In this document: one piece after another, positions 1 through 8,576 of the stretch
How the letters are laid out: every line of letters starts with the position of its first letter
How positions within the stretch are numbered: the stretch's first letter is position 1
IMG/VR virus record: IMGVR_UViG_3300045988_078367
Strand: one strand, 5' to 3'
Origin: a virus
Length of the DNA stretch: 43,575 nt
Notes under the pieces: model-generated
Told to the model about the DNA's origin: nothing
The model's database searches: none
Seen by the model: the letters and a program-made list of their open reading frames with translations, nothing else
Made by a program: the position numbers and the translations under genes

Positions 1-22
1 TTTTAGACCCCAAATATAAGAA
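1..22 (+). repeat. att core direct repeat (attL copy), ttttagaccccaaatataagaa
   Basis: Exact 22-nt match to 43554..43575. The repeat may extend left of the window. Confidence 0.8.
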
Positions 23-85
23 ATTTGGAGTTATTTTCAAACAATCATCTATATATCAAATAATTATCATACATACCACAACACC

Positions 86-106
86 TTCGTAAATCATTCG
101 TAAAAC
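86..106 (+). promoter_or_regulatory. Candidate integrase arm-type site (ttcgtaaatcattcgtaaaac)
   Basis: 21-nt sequence repeated with one mismatch at 43419..43439 in the same orientation. Internally a tandem TTCGTAAA / T(C/T)GTAAAA. Confidence 0.35.
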
Positions 107-197
107 CGAAAGCAAAAATGCGTCATTTTTTAGATGATTTTCTATGCAAATATAGTGAATACTTTATAGAATAGAAACAAAGTTGGATATAATCAAA

Positions 198-224
198 AAA
201 GGCAGCTTATTCGGCTGCCTTCTC
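198..224 (-). terminator. Intrinsic terminator closing the leftmost minus-strand operon
   Basis: Minus strand reads AAGGCAGC-cgaata-GCTGCCTT followed by TTTTTT. The 5' arm overlaps the last codons of 207..458. Confidence 0.6.
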
Positions 225-458
225 TATTTTGTTTTTAAACAATCTCAACTGGTCAATAGTCGGATAAAACGTAGGGTTCTCCCAGTTCCTCGAAATCACC
301 GCTATCATCGAATCAAGGTATTTTCCGCAATCGAGAATTTTGGCGCATTTATCTAACTGGAATTCCCCGGCTGGGTATCTCTTATTATTGAGCGTTTCTT
401 TAGCCCAGGTTAGTAACTCGTTTATTGAGTCATAGTCGTATTTCTTTTCTTCTGCCAT
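207..458 (-). CDS. Hypothetical protein, 83 aa
   Basis: ORF followed by a terminator hairpin. No recognisable motif. Confidence 0.5.
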   Translation of the reverse strand: MAEEKKYDYDSINELLTWAKETLNNKRYPAGEFQLDKCAKILDCGKYLDSMIAVISRNWENPTFYPTIDQLRLFKNKIEKAAE

Positions 459-484
459 ATAATATTAGTTTTCGGCAAAGGTAT

Positions 485-513
485 AAAAAATCCCCGACTA
501 CATAGCCAGGGAC
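485..513 (-). terminator. Intrinsic terminator-like hairpin
   Basis: Minus strand reads TCCCTGG-ctatgtag-TCGGGGA followed by TTTTTT. Lies about 150 nt downstream of the 660..1139 stop. Confidence 0.45.
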
Positions 514-659
514 AAACACAAAGATGCAACCTTCGCTATCACAGCGACAGGCACAAGCCAGTCCAAAACCTTTTCTAAGCGTTCCACAACATAACCATGA
601 GCAGACGGCAGAAATCGTAATGATACCTGTCGTCCGCTTGTTCCAGCAATATGTCGAGG

Positions 660-1139
660 TTAGTCCTCATAATTCATTGCGGTCATGTACTCCCAGATCT
701 TACCAGCCGGTGCATCTTCATCAGCGAAGTAGAACCGGTAAGCGGCTTTTAGGAGCGTTGCTTCGTCCAAAACTACGCACATGTCGGCATAAAAAGAATT
801 GAAAGCAACATATTTGTCCCAGTTAGTTGTTCCGGACGGGAACGGCATGGATTTAGTTGCCTCCATGATCTGATCTACGCTCCAATGTGCACCGGTCTTC
901 TTTTCACCGGCTGCATTGGTGTATTTGATCTTCTCTACATCAACCTCGGCGAAATGTTTGTCGTAGTGGGGACCATAGAGGGCTTCATGTTGTTCACGGA
1001 TGAAACCCATGTATAGTTCCGGATGTTCTTCCCTTACAATACAAAGGATTTCATCCACACTCTCCACGCTTTTCCACATGGCCTTATCGGAGGTTACACC
1101 GTCCGCCTTGGCTTTCTTCATCATATCTATATACTTCAT
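660..1139 (-). CDS. Hypothetical phage protein, 159 aa
   Basis: Clean ORF with protein-like composition (HWSVDQ..., YVAFNSFYADM..., FYFADEDAPAGKIWEY). Function unknown. Confidence 0.6.
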   Translation of the reverse strand: MKYIDMMKKAKADGVTSDKAMWKSVESVDEILCIVREEHPELYMGFIREQHEALYGPHYDKHFAEVDVEKIKYTNAAGEKKTGAHWSVDQIMEATKSMPFPSGTTNWDKYVAFNSFYADMCVVLDEATLLKAAYRFYFADEDAPAGKIWEYMTAMNYED

Positions 1140-1219
1140 AATTCTATTTTTTAGTATTAATGTTCTTTTCCTTCTTTACGGACTTTCCCGGTGATAACCT
1201 TAGCACCGGTACGGGTTCG

Positions 1220-1624
1220 TTAAGCGGGAAAGGTGGCGGAAATAGTCAGTGGAGTAGCAAGGCTTACGCCATAGGCACGATTGCAACATTTTACATTTTC
1301 CGGTGTCACCTGTGTAACAAGCGGAGTCAAAGAGATAGTAGGGACAGCACCGGCAGCACCAATGAATGCAACCTTGAACTGTTCAACCCATTGTTTGGTA
1401 ACAGAACGGCAAGAACCTTTCGGAGTGTAGGCTACAAGAACGGCAGCGTTTATTGTCACGATAGTTTGAGTATTTACCGTCTGTTGCTCTGCAACGGTAA
1501 AATTAACAATGCCGGTAGGCTGTACACCATTGTCAGCACAAAACGCCTGGCATAAGTTTTCCACTACGTTAGTCAGATATTGCTGGCTGGTAGCAGCGAT
1601 TGCAATTGGAGTTAATTGAATCAT
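1220..1624 (-). CDS. Hypothetical protein, 134 aa, T/V/A-rich with a CC pair
   Basis: ORF tightly spaced within the left-end cassette. No recognised domain. Confidence 0.55.
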   Translation of the reverse strand: MIQLTPIAIAATSQQYLTNVVENLCQAFCADNGVQPTGIVNFTVAEQQTVNTQTIVTINAAVLVAYTPKGSCRSVTKQWVEQFKVAFIGAAGAVPTISLTPLVTQVTPENVKCCNRAYGVSLATPLTISATFPA

Positions 1625-1643
1625 AATAATAAAGATTTATATG

Positions 1644-2105
1644 TTATTTTTCGTCCGCATCTTCACCTTGCGGAGTAGGTTCTTCTGTCAACACGCTATA
1701 AGATGAAGTTGCCTCTTTAATAGGAAGATTGTATTTGAGAAGGGTTTTCAACTCTTCCAAGTCCTCCGGCTCAAATTCAACCTTTCCTTCAAATAAGGAC
1801 AAACCTCCGTTTTTTATAGCATCATCCACCACGTTATGGGCAAGTTGCGGGATGGAGTCATCCGGGATACCGCTTATATATTTGGCGAGAAAAGGTTCTA
1901 CGAGGGAGGACGAAACACCATCAAGAACAGGAGATATCTCCTTTGCCATGCTCCACATCGGACTTACCCATCCGGTAGATTTTATCTTCGATTCGATGCT
2001 GGAAAGAAAAGGCAACCGGCTCAAATTATTACCCAGTAACTCTTGGATAGCGGGCTGCGCCCATTTATTGAGCACAGCCGCCAGTTTTTGTGCGTTGGAA
2101 TACAT
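1644..2105 (-). CDS. Hypothetical protein, 153 aa, acidic C-terminus
   Basis: ORF begins 5 nt after the stop of 2111..2611. No recognised domain. Confidence 0.55.
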   Translation of the reverse strand: MYSNAQKLAAVLNKWAQPAIQELLGNNLSRLPFLSSIESKIKSTGWVSPMWSMAKEISPVLDGVSSSLVEPFLAKYISGIPDDSIPQLAHNVVDDAIKNGGLSLFEGKVEFEPEDLEELKTLLKYNLPIKEATSSYSVLTEEPTPQGEDADEK

Positions 2106-2110
2106 AACGC

Positions 2111-2611
2111 TTACCCGTTACAGCAACATCCGGTATCACACACCTTTCTTTGAGGAACAACAAGCTCACTCAACGCAGCCAGTTCTGCAATCTGTTGTTT
2201 CATACAGCTAATCGTAGCGGTATTTACACCATTGTAAACTGCCTGATTCATGTTGATTCCATTTTGCTCATCCTTGTTTCTGTTGATGATAGTTAGAAGA
2301 CGATCATAAACATCAGCAAGTTTCTGATCCGTGTAGGTGTTAGACTTAAGCAACGCAATTTCAGAATCTTTCGCTGCGAGCTTATCCATCATACCGGCTT
2401 CATAGCGGCTGACAGGTCTGTCTTCCGAAGTAATTACTTCTACCGGGCCTGCATAACCTGCATTACGTCCGTTTCCGCAACCACCAAAGAGACTTCCTGC
2501 ATTAAGCCCAAGGAAAGACGCAATACCAGCGGAAGCACCCACTGTGTTATAATTACCTTGTCCCTGTCCGGTGACGCTGTATTCCTCACCACTCATTCCT
2601 TTAATTTTCAT
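2111..2611 (-). CDS. Hypothetical protein, 166 aa: Gly-rich hydrophobic N-terminal tract, coiled-coil-like middle, C-terminal CDTGCCCNG
   Basis: N-terminal GASAGIASFLGLNAGSLFGGCGNG looks like a glycine zipper. Four Cys fall in the last 9 residues. Confidence 0.55.
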   Translation of the reverse strand: MKIKGMSGEEYSVTGQGQGNYNTVGASAGIASFLGLNAGSLFGGCGNGRNAGYAGPVEVITSEDRPVSRYEAGMMDKLAAKDSEIALLKSNTYTDQKLADVYDRLLTIINRNKDEQNGINMNQAVYNGVNTATISCMKQQIAELAALSELVVPQRKVCDTGCCCNG

Positions 2612-2683
2612 AACTTATAAGTATTTATACACGGTCAACGTTAACCGTGTAACAAAGGACAGGAAAAGTGCGTTGCTCCTAAA

Positions 2684-3007
2684 CTATTCCGTTGCTACCT
2701 CATTGCTAATATGTTGCAAGTTCGTTGCTACACTCCATTTCTTGATCTTGTACTGGAAGTTGTTCCGGATCTTGTTTACTGATTGTCTTGTGAGCTTTGT
2801 GACGGAAGAGATTTGGGTATCGGTGAGCTTTTGTGCTAGTAAATGTATGAGGATATATCTTGCATCCACAGCTTCCTCGGAGTTGCTATGGATAATATCA
2901 ATCTCTTCTACTCCCGTCTCTTTTGACACGGCTACGACCACTTCTTTATATAAATCTATATTTTTCATGCTGTCAAACATATATAGTTGAAAAACAAAAC
3001 ATCGCAA
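2684..3007 (-). CDS. Small helix-turn-helix protein (DnaA domain IV-like HTH). True start probably the ATG at 2968 (MKNIDLY...)
   Basis: EEAVDARYILIHLLAQKLTDTQISSVTKLTRQSVNKI resembles the DnaA C-terminal HTH pattern. The first 13 codons (MRCFVFQLYMFDS) overlap a TAtgTTTG box and look non-coding. Confidence 0.5.
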   Translation of the reverse strand: MRCFVFQLYMFDSMKNIDLYKEVVVAVSKETGVEEIDIIHSNSEEAVDARYILIHLLAQKLTDTQISSVTKLTRQSVNKIRNNFQYKIKKWSVATNLQHISNEVATE

Positions 3008-3266
3008 AATCTGTTGATAAAGCTACGAAAGCCCCTTAACAGGCCCTGCGATGTTAGCCCGTGTATGATTTGGTCGTCTGAAACGGGTGTGGGGCTTTCT
3101 TCTATCCCGCCCCTGGATTATTTGTTAACGATTACCGGCCTTCTACTTTACCGGGTAAACTTAGTGCTTAGGATTAATTAATGTATCATTTTGCCCTCCT
3201 TTCTTGATAAACCTTTTTCCAACGGAAATTGTTATATAGGTGAAACTTAAACTTTTCATACCGGAA

Positions 3267-3286
3267 ACGGTCTGTGAAGATAGTGC
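3267..3286 (+). repeat. Arm 1 of a perfect 20-nt inverted repeat (acggtctgtgaagatagtgc)
   Basis: The exact reverse complement is found at 39683..39702. Confidence 0.9.
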
Positions 3287-3289
3287 CGG

Positions 3290-3676
3290 TTAATTTCTGA
3301 ATAACTTAAGCATTAACACAATAGATAGTATTACAATTACGCCAACAGCCCAGCCGCCAAGCTCTATTTTCATTTGTTGCCACCGGGTTAGCTGTTTCTC
3401 CACCGGATAAGGGATCTGCACGGAATCGGTCAGCATAACCGTATCTGTTTTGTTAATTGTCAGATACCGGTATTTATACCGATACTTCTCCTTGTAGACA
3501 GTATCTCCCTTTACAACTAGGAATATACTATCATGCTCATAGATGCTGTCAAAACGGATGCTGTCACGTCTCTTGTACTCCGTTTTCACGGTCTCTACCG
3601 GAACAGACTTAATGCTCCGGCAGGATGTGAGACATATTGCCAGCATCAATAGAATGATGTAGAGCAAGTTTTTCAT
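3290..3676 (-). CDS. Lipoprotein with C-terminal transmembrane helix, a unimolecular spanin (u-spanin) candidate
   Basis: Signal peptide with lipobox LTSC (Cys19) and C-terminal TMD GGWAVGVIVILSIVLMLKLF. This is the same architecture as phage T1 gp11-type u-spanins. Confidence 0.5.
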   Translation of the reverse strand: MKNLLYIILLMLAICLTSCRSIKSVPVETVKTEYKRRDSIRFDSIYEHDSIFLVVKGDTVYKEKYRYKYRYLTINKTDTVMLTDSVQIPYPVEKQLTRWQQMKIELGGWAVGVIVILSIVLMLKLFRN

Positions 3677-3951
3677 AAAACACTATCGCTTGAAGACCAC
3701 TCCGAACTTGCCAGCAAAGTATTCAATTCTTCGCCTTCGTATACCGGATAAGGGTAAACCGGCTCTTGCGGAGTCTCCTCTTCGTCCAGTAACGGCAAAG
3801 TCATGATACTTGGGAACAACTTTTCATAGTGATCCAATTTCATAATCACCTGTGTACCGTCAACGCTCTTTCTCGGAACCAAGTGCAGTTCATCGAGTAC
3901 CTCCTGCGGTATCTCGTTCAAATTCGCTGTGGGGAATGTAATGTATTTCAT
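3673..3951 (-). CDS. Hypothetical protein, 92 aa
   Basis: ORF with a 4-nt overlap to the downstream gene. Confidence 0.5.
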   Translation of the reverse strand: MKYITFPTANLNEIPQEVLDELHLVPRKSVDGTQVIMKLDHYEKLFPSIMTLPLLDEEETPQEPVYPYPVYEGEELNTLLASSEWSSSDSVL

Positions 3952-3983
3952 AATTGCTTACTGTTTAATTACTTATCAGACTA

Positions 3984-5180
3984 TTATATTTGCTCCCAAG
4001 TAACACTCCCATCCTCATTGAAAATAAGTTTCTTGTTTCCAAGTAATATAACCTCTGTCTGTGCCGTCGAACCAAGAATCATCTGACCGTCTTTTGACGC
4101 CTTAGTATTATTGCCAAGAAGGATTACATCATTTAATTGATTAACACTACCTCCATTATCAGCACCAACCATAATATTGTTACTTCCCTTACAGTACCGA
4201 CCTGCCTTATAACCTATATAAGTATTTTTTTGATTACCATAAGCTCCTGCCTCATAACCAACAACCGTACACCCTTCTGTTTTCACTTCACTATCTACTA
4301 AATTTTTACTCGCATTATGTCCAATGACAACACATTGAGAAGAACCTGCACCCGTATAAAAACCTAATACCCCAGTTCCGATACCGACAGTTTCATGATG
4401 CTCTGTCCCTCCAAGAGCTGATCTTCCAATTGCAACATTACTATTACATTCTTTTCTACATGGATAGAGAGTATCAGCCCCTATCGCAACATTATCCTTA
4501 CCACTCGGTATATATGCAGTAGAATAGGTACCAATTGCAATATTACGAGAGCCGGAAATAAGTTCAGAAAGTGACATTGTTCCTATGCCAATACATCTCG
4601 TTGAGTTTTCAGATTTCCCAAGCGCTTTATAGCCTAATGCAACATCCCACCAACTTGATATATCATTATCCCCTATATTAATATATACATTTTGCCGACC
4701 GTAAGATATGAGTTGGCTGGCGGATGACTTATCAACCACTTCATATAACTCAACTTCTAAAGTTGACGCATATTTAGCCGATGGGAACACCTTCAAAGAA
4801 CCACCATCGCTAATCATTCCAATATAGGCTATCAGTTCACCATTATACGTATCTATCGGTGTCTTATCTCCGATACCTACCATAATGGAATTTTCAGAAC
4901 CTTCTATACCTTTTGTTAATTTGGCAAGATATTTTTTCCCTTTGCTAGTAGTAAGTGTAAAAGCAAGGGCATTATCGTATCCGCTTGCATGGGTATATAT
5001 ACCATTTTCATAGCTCCATCCTTCGGATAATTCTGCTGACTGTGTAATCAGATTATCTCCGCATGGAATCTTATCTGCTAATAGGAACTTTGCTGTATCA
5101 TCAAAGTTTCCATCAATCGCAGTAGCTAAAGTGCCCCACGATTGTTCACTGTCTTTTGCTATATCAAATATCTTTTCCAT
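3984..5180 (-). CDS. Tail fibre-like protein with repeated (N/T)(I/V)AIG-type motifs
   Basis: The C-terminal half carries about 10 tandem degenerate repeats (NIAIGTYS, NVAIGADT, NVAIGRSA, TVGIGTGV, VVIGHNAS, TYIGYKAG, IMVGADNG). These resemble YadA-head/Hep_Hag-type repeats seen in fibres. Confidence 0.55.
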   Translation of the reverse strand: MEKIFDIAKDSEQSWGTLATAIDGNFDDTAKFLLADKIPCGDNLITQSAELSEGWSYENGIYTHASGYDNALAFTLTTSKGKKYLAKLTKGIEGSENSIMVGIGDKTPIDTYNGELIAYIGMISDGGSLKVFPSAKYASTLEVELYEVVDKSSASQLISYGRQNVYINIGDNDISSWWDVALGYKALGKSENSTRCIGIGTMSLSELISGSRNIAIGTYSTAYIPSGKDNVAIGADTLYPCRKECNSNVAIGRSALGGTEHHETVGIGTGVLGFYTGAGSSQCVVIGHNASKNLVDSEVKTEGCTVVGYEAGAYGNQKNTYIGYKAGRYCKGSNNIMVGADNGGSVNQLNDVILLGNNTKASKDGQMILGSTAQTEVILLGNKKLIFNEDGSVTWEQI

Positions 5181-5184
5181 AATA

Positions 5185-7545
5185 TCATTCGTTTTTAATT
5201 AATGTTTCATTTGAAATTAAAGTCTCGTTATTCAGCATTGTCAAGTAGCTGGAGATAACAAGGTTTATCTTTTGAGGGGATTTGACTATCTTTCCCGTAA
5301 TCTCGTAAACGCCATTATCACCAGATATGGATATGTCGCTGATAGCATTGCACGACACCTCCATTAGCTTATCAGAGGTATTTGGCAACGTTACAGTGAT
5401 GGTAACCATGCTATCTACAGAGATATATTCTCCGGGATTAACAGAATAGGAAATGGAAGAATAAGGTAGATTACTCTTCACTATCGGTCTAAACTCTACC
5501 ATATCTGGATACAGCGTACCCAGCTTGTGCTTCTTCAACTGACGCTCTATCAAGAACTTGGACATACTGTAAGGGAAGGACATGAGAGAGTAGATAGCTC
5601 CATAGAAATATCTACTATCTGCTTCACGAACTTTTCCAAGAACCATAAAATCATTATCTTCTGCTGTACCAATACTCAAGGTTTTAGTATTATAATACTT
5701 ACTTTGATAACGAATAATTCTTGTTATATCGTCGGATATATTACCATTAGCTTCTCCAAATGTATAACACGCTTTACCTCCGTTTTGGTCTTCTAAATTA
5801 AAAATAAAAGAACCATCTCTAACTTTAGAAGATTTAGAAAGAATAGATGCTCTACCTCCTGTAATTGGTTCTAAATAAAATCTTTCATAATCAGCAATAA
5901 TAGTATAATCCTTGTAAACCGGCATCCCTGTCACCTTACCGAAGTCATTTACTCCGTCAAGGCAGAGAGCACCTGCGTGGGAAGGAATAAATTCTACTGT
6001 AACGTCTATGTCACCAATATCCCCTGTTACCCCAAAAGGATTATTTTGTTCAACTCCTTCGGAAAAAGACAAAGAAACTTCATGTTCTCCATTATCAAAA
6101 TTATAATTAGAACCTGAACCGCTCTTATTTGCAACAAACAACTTTCTTCCATCTGAAAGACCACTGACCTTAAATTTTATTGGTTCATTAGGAGAAATAA
6201 CAAGTAAATCACAGAAGTTATTTGTAGTATTGGTTAATTTCTTTGTAAAATGGCATTTATTAGTTGTTACTGTACCCTCAAACCTATTAGCAATTATATT
6301 TATATTAGAGAAATTATACTTCCCAATACCTGAATCCCCCTTCCAAGCTAGATTGTTCAGCTGTATATCCCTACCGTTACCTGAAAAGTCAATCAGCTTG
6401 TCGCCAAACTCTGCGTGGTTCTCGTTGGTGATGCCCTGTTTCTTGACATCACACAGTATATCAGGTTTAAGAGTTCTATCCAAGTTGAAGCAGGCGATTA
6501 CTTGGTTGATTTGGTCGGTAGTCAGTACCTTGTTGGCGATGATTGTCCAGTACCAAGCAATAGAAGCTGTTTCTCTTAAAATGTCGTCTTCTCCAATCCA
6601 GCCTACAACTGAAAACTTAGCTTCTAAATTAGAAGTATAATCTCCGCCTCTAATTCCATAATCATTTTTATCTCCAAGAATATTATTTATAACTGTAATA
6701 TTTTGATTTTTTACAGTATAACCATATATTCCGGTTTTATTATTAGAAAAACTTGTAATTCCATTACTTGTCCCCCAAGAACCTAATTTAATTCTAACAG
6801 TATTTGAATGTATATTACCTTCTGGGACATCTATATGATGTATCATAGATAAGACAGTATATTCGCTACTTCCTCTTAGCATCTCCTGTACAGTCTTGGT
6901 GGAAGTAATAAGGTCGCCAATACCGTCGGTGACGAAGGCGCCTTCGAAAGAGGGGATTTGAGTGATAGTTACTACATCATTACCATTATTTGCAAAACCA
7001 CAATTTGTACCATCAGGACTGCTTTGCACATTGTAGCATATAGGTAATTCATAATAACCATCTTGAGCCATATCTATAGAATGTTGAACACCATCACTTG
7101 ATCTATAATAATATCTAAAATGATAAGTTCCGCTTAAACCGCTGACTTTTATTTTAAACGATGGTATATTTTCAGTTATTGCTGAATATGGAATTAATAA
7201 TTGTCCTCCAATACCAAATACAACCTTACTATCGCTTACGTTTGTTACATTCTCTATATATGGGAAATATTGGAAAGTAATTTCATATTTTCCAAACCCG
7301 CTATTGAGCTTGAAAGCTGCGTTGCTAATCACAAACGGATTGTCAGGGTCTACCAAGTTCTTGACAACAGCCCTGTCCGGATCGTCGTTGCTTTTACCGT
7401 AGCAGATGCAGACGGCTTTCAAGGAGGCTAAGACTTCCGGGTCGATGTAAGGACGGTCGGACGAAGCACGAGAAGGCTTACCGATTCGGTTCAATCCGAT
7501 CCGGTTAAGCCCTATTGTGTTTAATGAGACTCTATTAAGCATCAT
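5185..7545 (-). CDS. Large fibre/receptor-binding-like protein, 786 aa, probably with LamG/concanavalin-like domains
   Basis: Size, position and beta-rich sequence. LDGVNDFGKV... and FVTDGIGDLI... resemble the LamG LDG-x-DD signature. The N-terminus has an LNTIG-LNRIG-LNRIG repeat. Confidence 0.55.
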   Translation of the reverse strand: MMLNRVSLNTIGLNRIGLNRIGKPSRASSDRPYIDPEVLASLKAVCICYGKSNDDPDRAVVKNLVDPDNPFVISNAAFKLNSGFGKYEITFQYFPYIENVTNVSDSKVVFGIGGQLLIPYSAITENIPSFKIKVSGLSGTYHFRYYYRSSDGVQHSIDMAQDGYYELPICYNVQSSPDGTNCGFANNGNDVVTITQIPSFEGAFVTDGIGDLITSTKTVQEMLRGSSEYTVLSMIHHIDVPEGNIHSNTVRIKLGSWGTSNGITSFSNNKTGIYGYTVKNQNITVINNILGDKNDYGIRGGDYTSNLEAKFSVVGWIGEDDILRETASIAWYWTIIANKVLTTDQINQVIACFNLDRTLKPDILCDVKKQGITNENHAEFGDKLIDFSGNGRDIQLNNLAWKGDSGIGKYNFSNINIIANRFEGTVTTNKCHFTKKLTNTTNNFCDLLVISPNEPIKFKVSGLSDGRKLFVANKSGSGSNYNFDNGEHEVSLSFSEGVEQNNPFGVTGDIGDIDVTVEFIPSHAGALCLDGVNDFGKVTGMPVYKDYTIIADYERFYLEPITGGRASILSKSSKVRDGSFIFNLEDQNGGKACYTFGEANGNISDDITRIIRYQSKYYNTKTLSIGTAEDNDFMVLGKVREADSRYFYGAIYSLMSFPYSMSKFLIERQLKKHKLGTLYPDMVEFRPIVKSNLPYSSISYSVNPGEYISVDSMVTITVTLPNTSDKLMEVSCNAISDISISGDNGVYEITGKIVKSPQKINLVISSYLTMLNNETLISNETLIKNE

Positions 7546-7865
7546 TCAGCCTCCGTTAAAACCCCACTTGTTACTTCTGTATAACTTTCGATACGAATTA
7601 CCTTCGGATAAACCAAGGCGTCAAAATCGTAATCGAATATTTTCCCAGAATCACTTTGGATATATCCCGGAAGAAATACAGGGTCAAAACCTCGGCTTTC
7701 GGCTGTCCTCTCATCCATTGATTCTGTTTCACTACCGGTCTTCTGATAGATTCTGATTTCTGATCCGGCAACACGGTCTAAATGAATGTTGAAATTACTG
7801 TTGACAACAATTTCTGATGCATAAAGATCCTGATTTGTTATTTGGGTAAATTGTAAATTAGCCAT
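7542..7865 (-). CDS. Hypothetical protein, 107 aa
   Basis: ORF preceded by TAGGAGGAA 6 nt upstream of the ATG. Confidence 0.55.
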   Translation of the reverse strand: MANLQFTQITNQDLYASEIVVNSNFNIHLDRVAGSEIRIYQKTGSETESMDERTAESRGFDPVFLPGYIQSDSGKIFDYDFDALVYPKVIRIESYTEVTSGVLTEAE

Positions 7866-7883
7866 GATTGTTCCTCCTATAAA

Positions 7884-8291
7884 TTATAATTTTAAAACCT
7901 GTTTTTTCACATTGCAGCTATCATAGCTAACGTGAACCCATGAGAAGTTCTTCTCATCTATCAGCTGCGTAAAAGGAAGTTCAAGTTCTTGTACGAGATT
8001 GAATAGCCTTTTGTTTTCCGATTTTGTGTTCGGAGTGCCAACTATATCGGCTGCCATTCCTTTCATGTGTTCGCTGGTCTTACTCCCTCCTACAGCCTTG
8101 TTTAATGCTTCGCAACGGTATCCGCTCGTTACAGTGATAGGTTTGCCATAGGCTTCTCGGAGAGGATCAAGAACGTTGTCTATTAAGCCATTCACATTGC
8201 ATATCAATGTTTTCGGTAGGCGATTGTCGATACCACGCCTATCTGCCGTTTCGCTCTTTACCATTTCGGCCACTGTGAAATACTTTCCCAT
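7884..8291 (-). CDS. Endolysin, peptidase M15-family (zinc D-Ala-D-Ala carboxypeptidase / L-alanoyl-D-glutamate peptidase-like)
   Basis: SGYRC...SEHMKGMAADI (H-x6-D) and WVHVSY (second His) match the M15 metal-binding pattern. Adjacent to holin-like genes. Confidence 0.8.
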   Translation of the reverse strand: MGKYFTVAEMVKSETADRRGIDNRLPKTLICNVNGLIDNVLDPLREAYGKPITVTSGYRCEALNKAVGGSKTSEHMKGMAADIVGTPNTKSENKRLFNLVQELELPFTQLIDEKNFSWVHVSYDSCNVKKQVLKL

Positions 8292-8303
8292 ATATCTTTC
8301 CTC

Positions 8304-8573
8304 CTATAATATCAATGTTAATACTCCCAACGCCAGACCTACGCAATCACAGATGATGTCTTTAATTGAAAACTCTGTTTTCTTGCAGTACTTGTCGTAT
8401 ACTTCCTTCAGAACGAAGATTACGACGGTTATAATGATTGCTAACCACAGTGGCGTATATTTCGATAGCCACATTACCAAGTTCTGGCATACTATAATGT
8501 GAGCCATGCCGTCTATTCCGATCTTGGATAGAAGCTTGCTGGCTAAGGCGCTGATTTTATTTATCATATTCAT
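8304..8573 (-). CDS. Small membrane protein, 89 aa, in the lysis cluster
   Basis: Two to three hydrophobic helices. Immediately upstream of the endolysin. Confidence 0.55.
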   Translation of the reverse strand: MNMINKISALASKLLSKIGIDGMAHIIVCQNLVMWLSKYTPLWLAIIITVVIFVLKEVYDKYCKKTEFSIKDIICDCVGLALGVLTLIL

Positions 8574-8576
8574 TTT

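Noticed and set aside
1-22. att core as the 3' end of a tRNA gene
   Set aside because: The 22-mer has no T-arm or acceptor-like features. The only tRNA-like sequence is internal, at 39589..39670.
524-2211. Plus-strand ORFs 524..802, 1000..1194, 1160..1555, 1729..2211 and 1836..2039
   Set aside because: All are antisense to tightly packed minus-strand genes or lie in the structured spacer. No plus-strand promoter or terminator signals were seen.
2974-2981. TAtgTTTG box as the promoter of the left-end HTH gene
   Set aside because: It matches TAnnTTTG but lies only 5 nt from the ATG at 2968 and has no clear -33 TTTG at the right spacing. It is mentioned only as a reason to doubt the longer ORF start.
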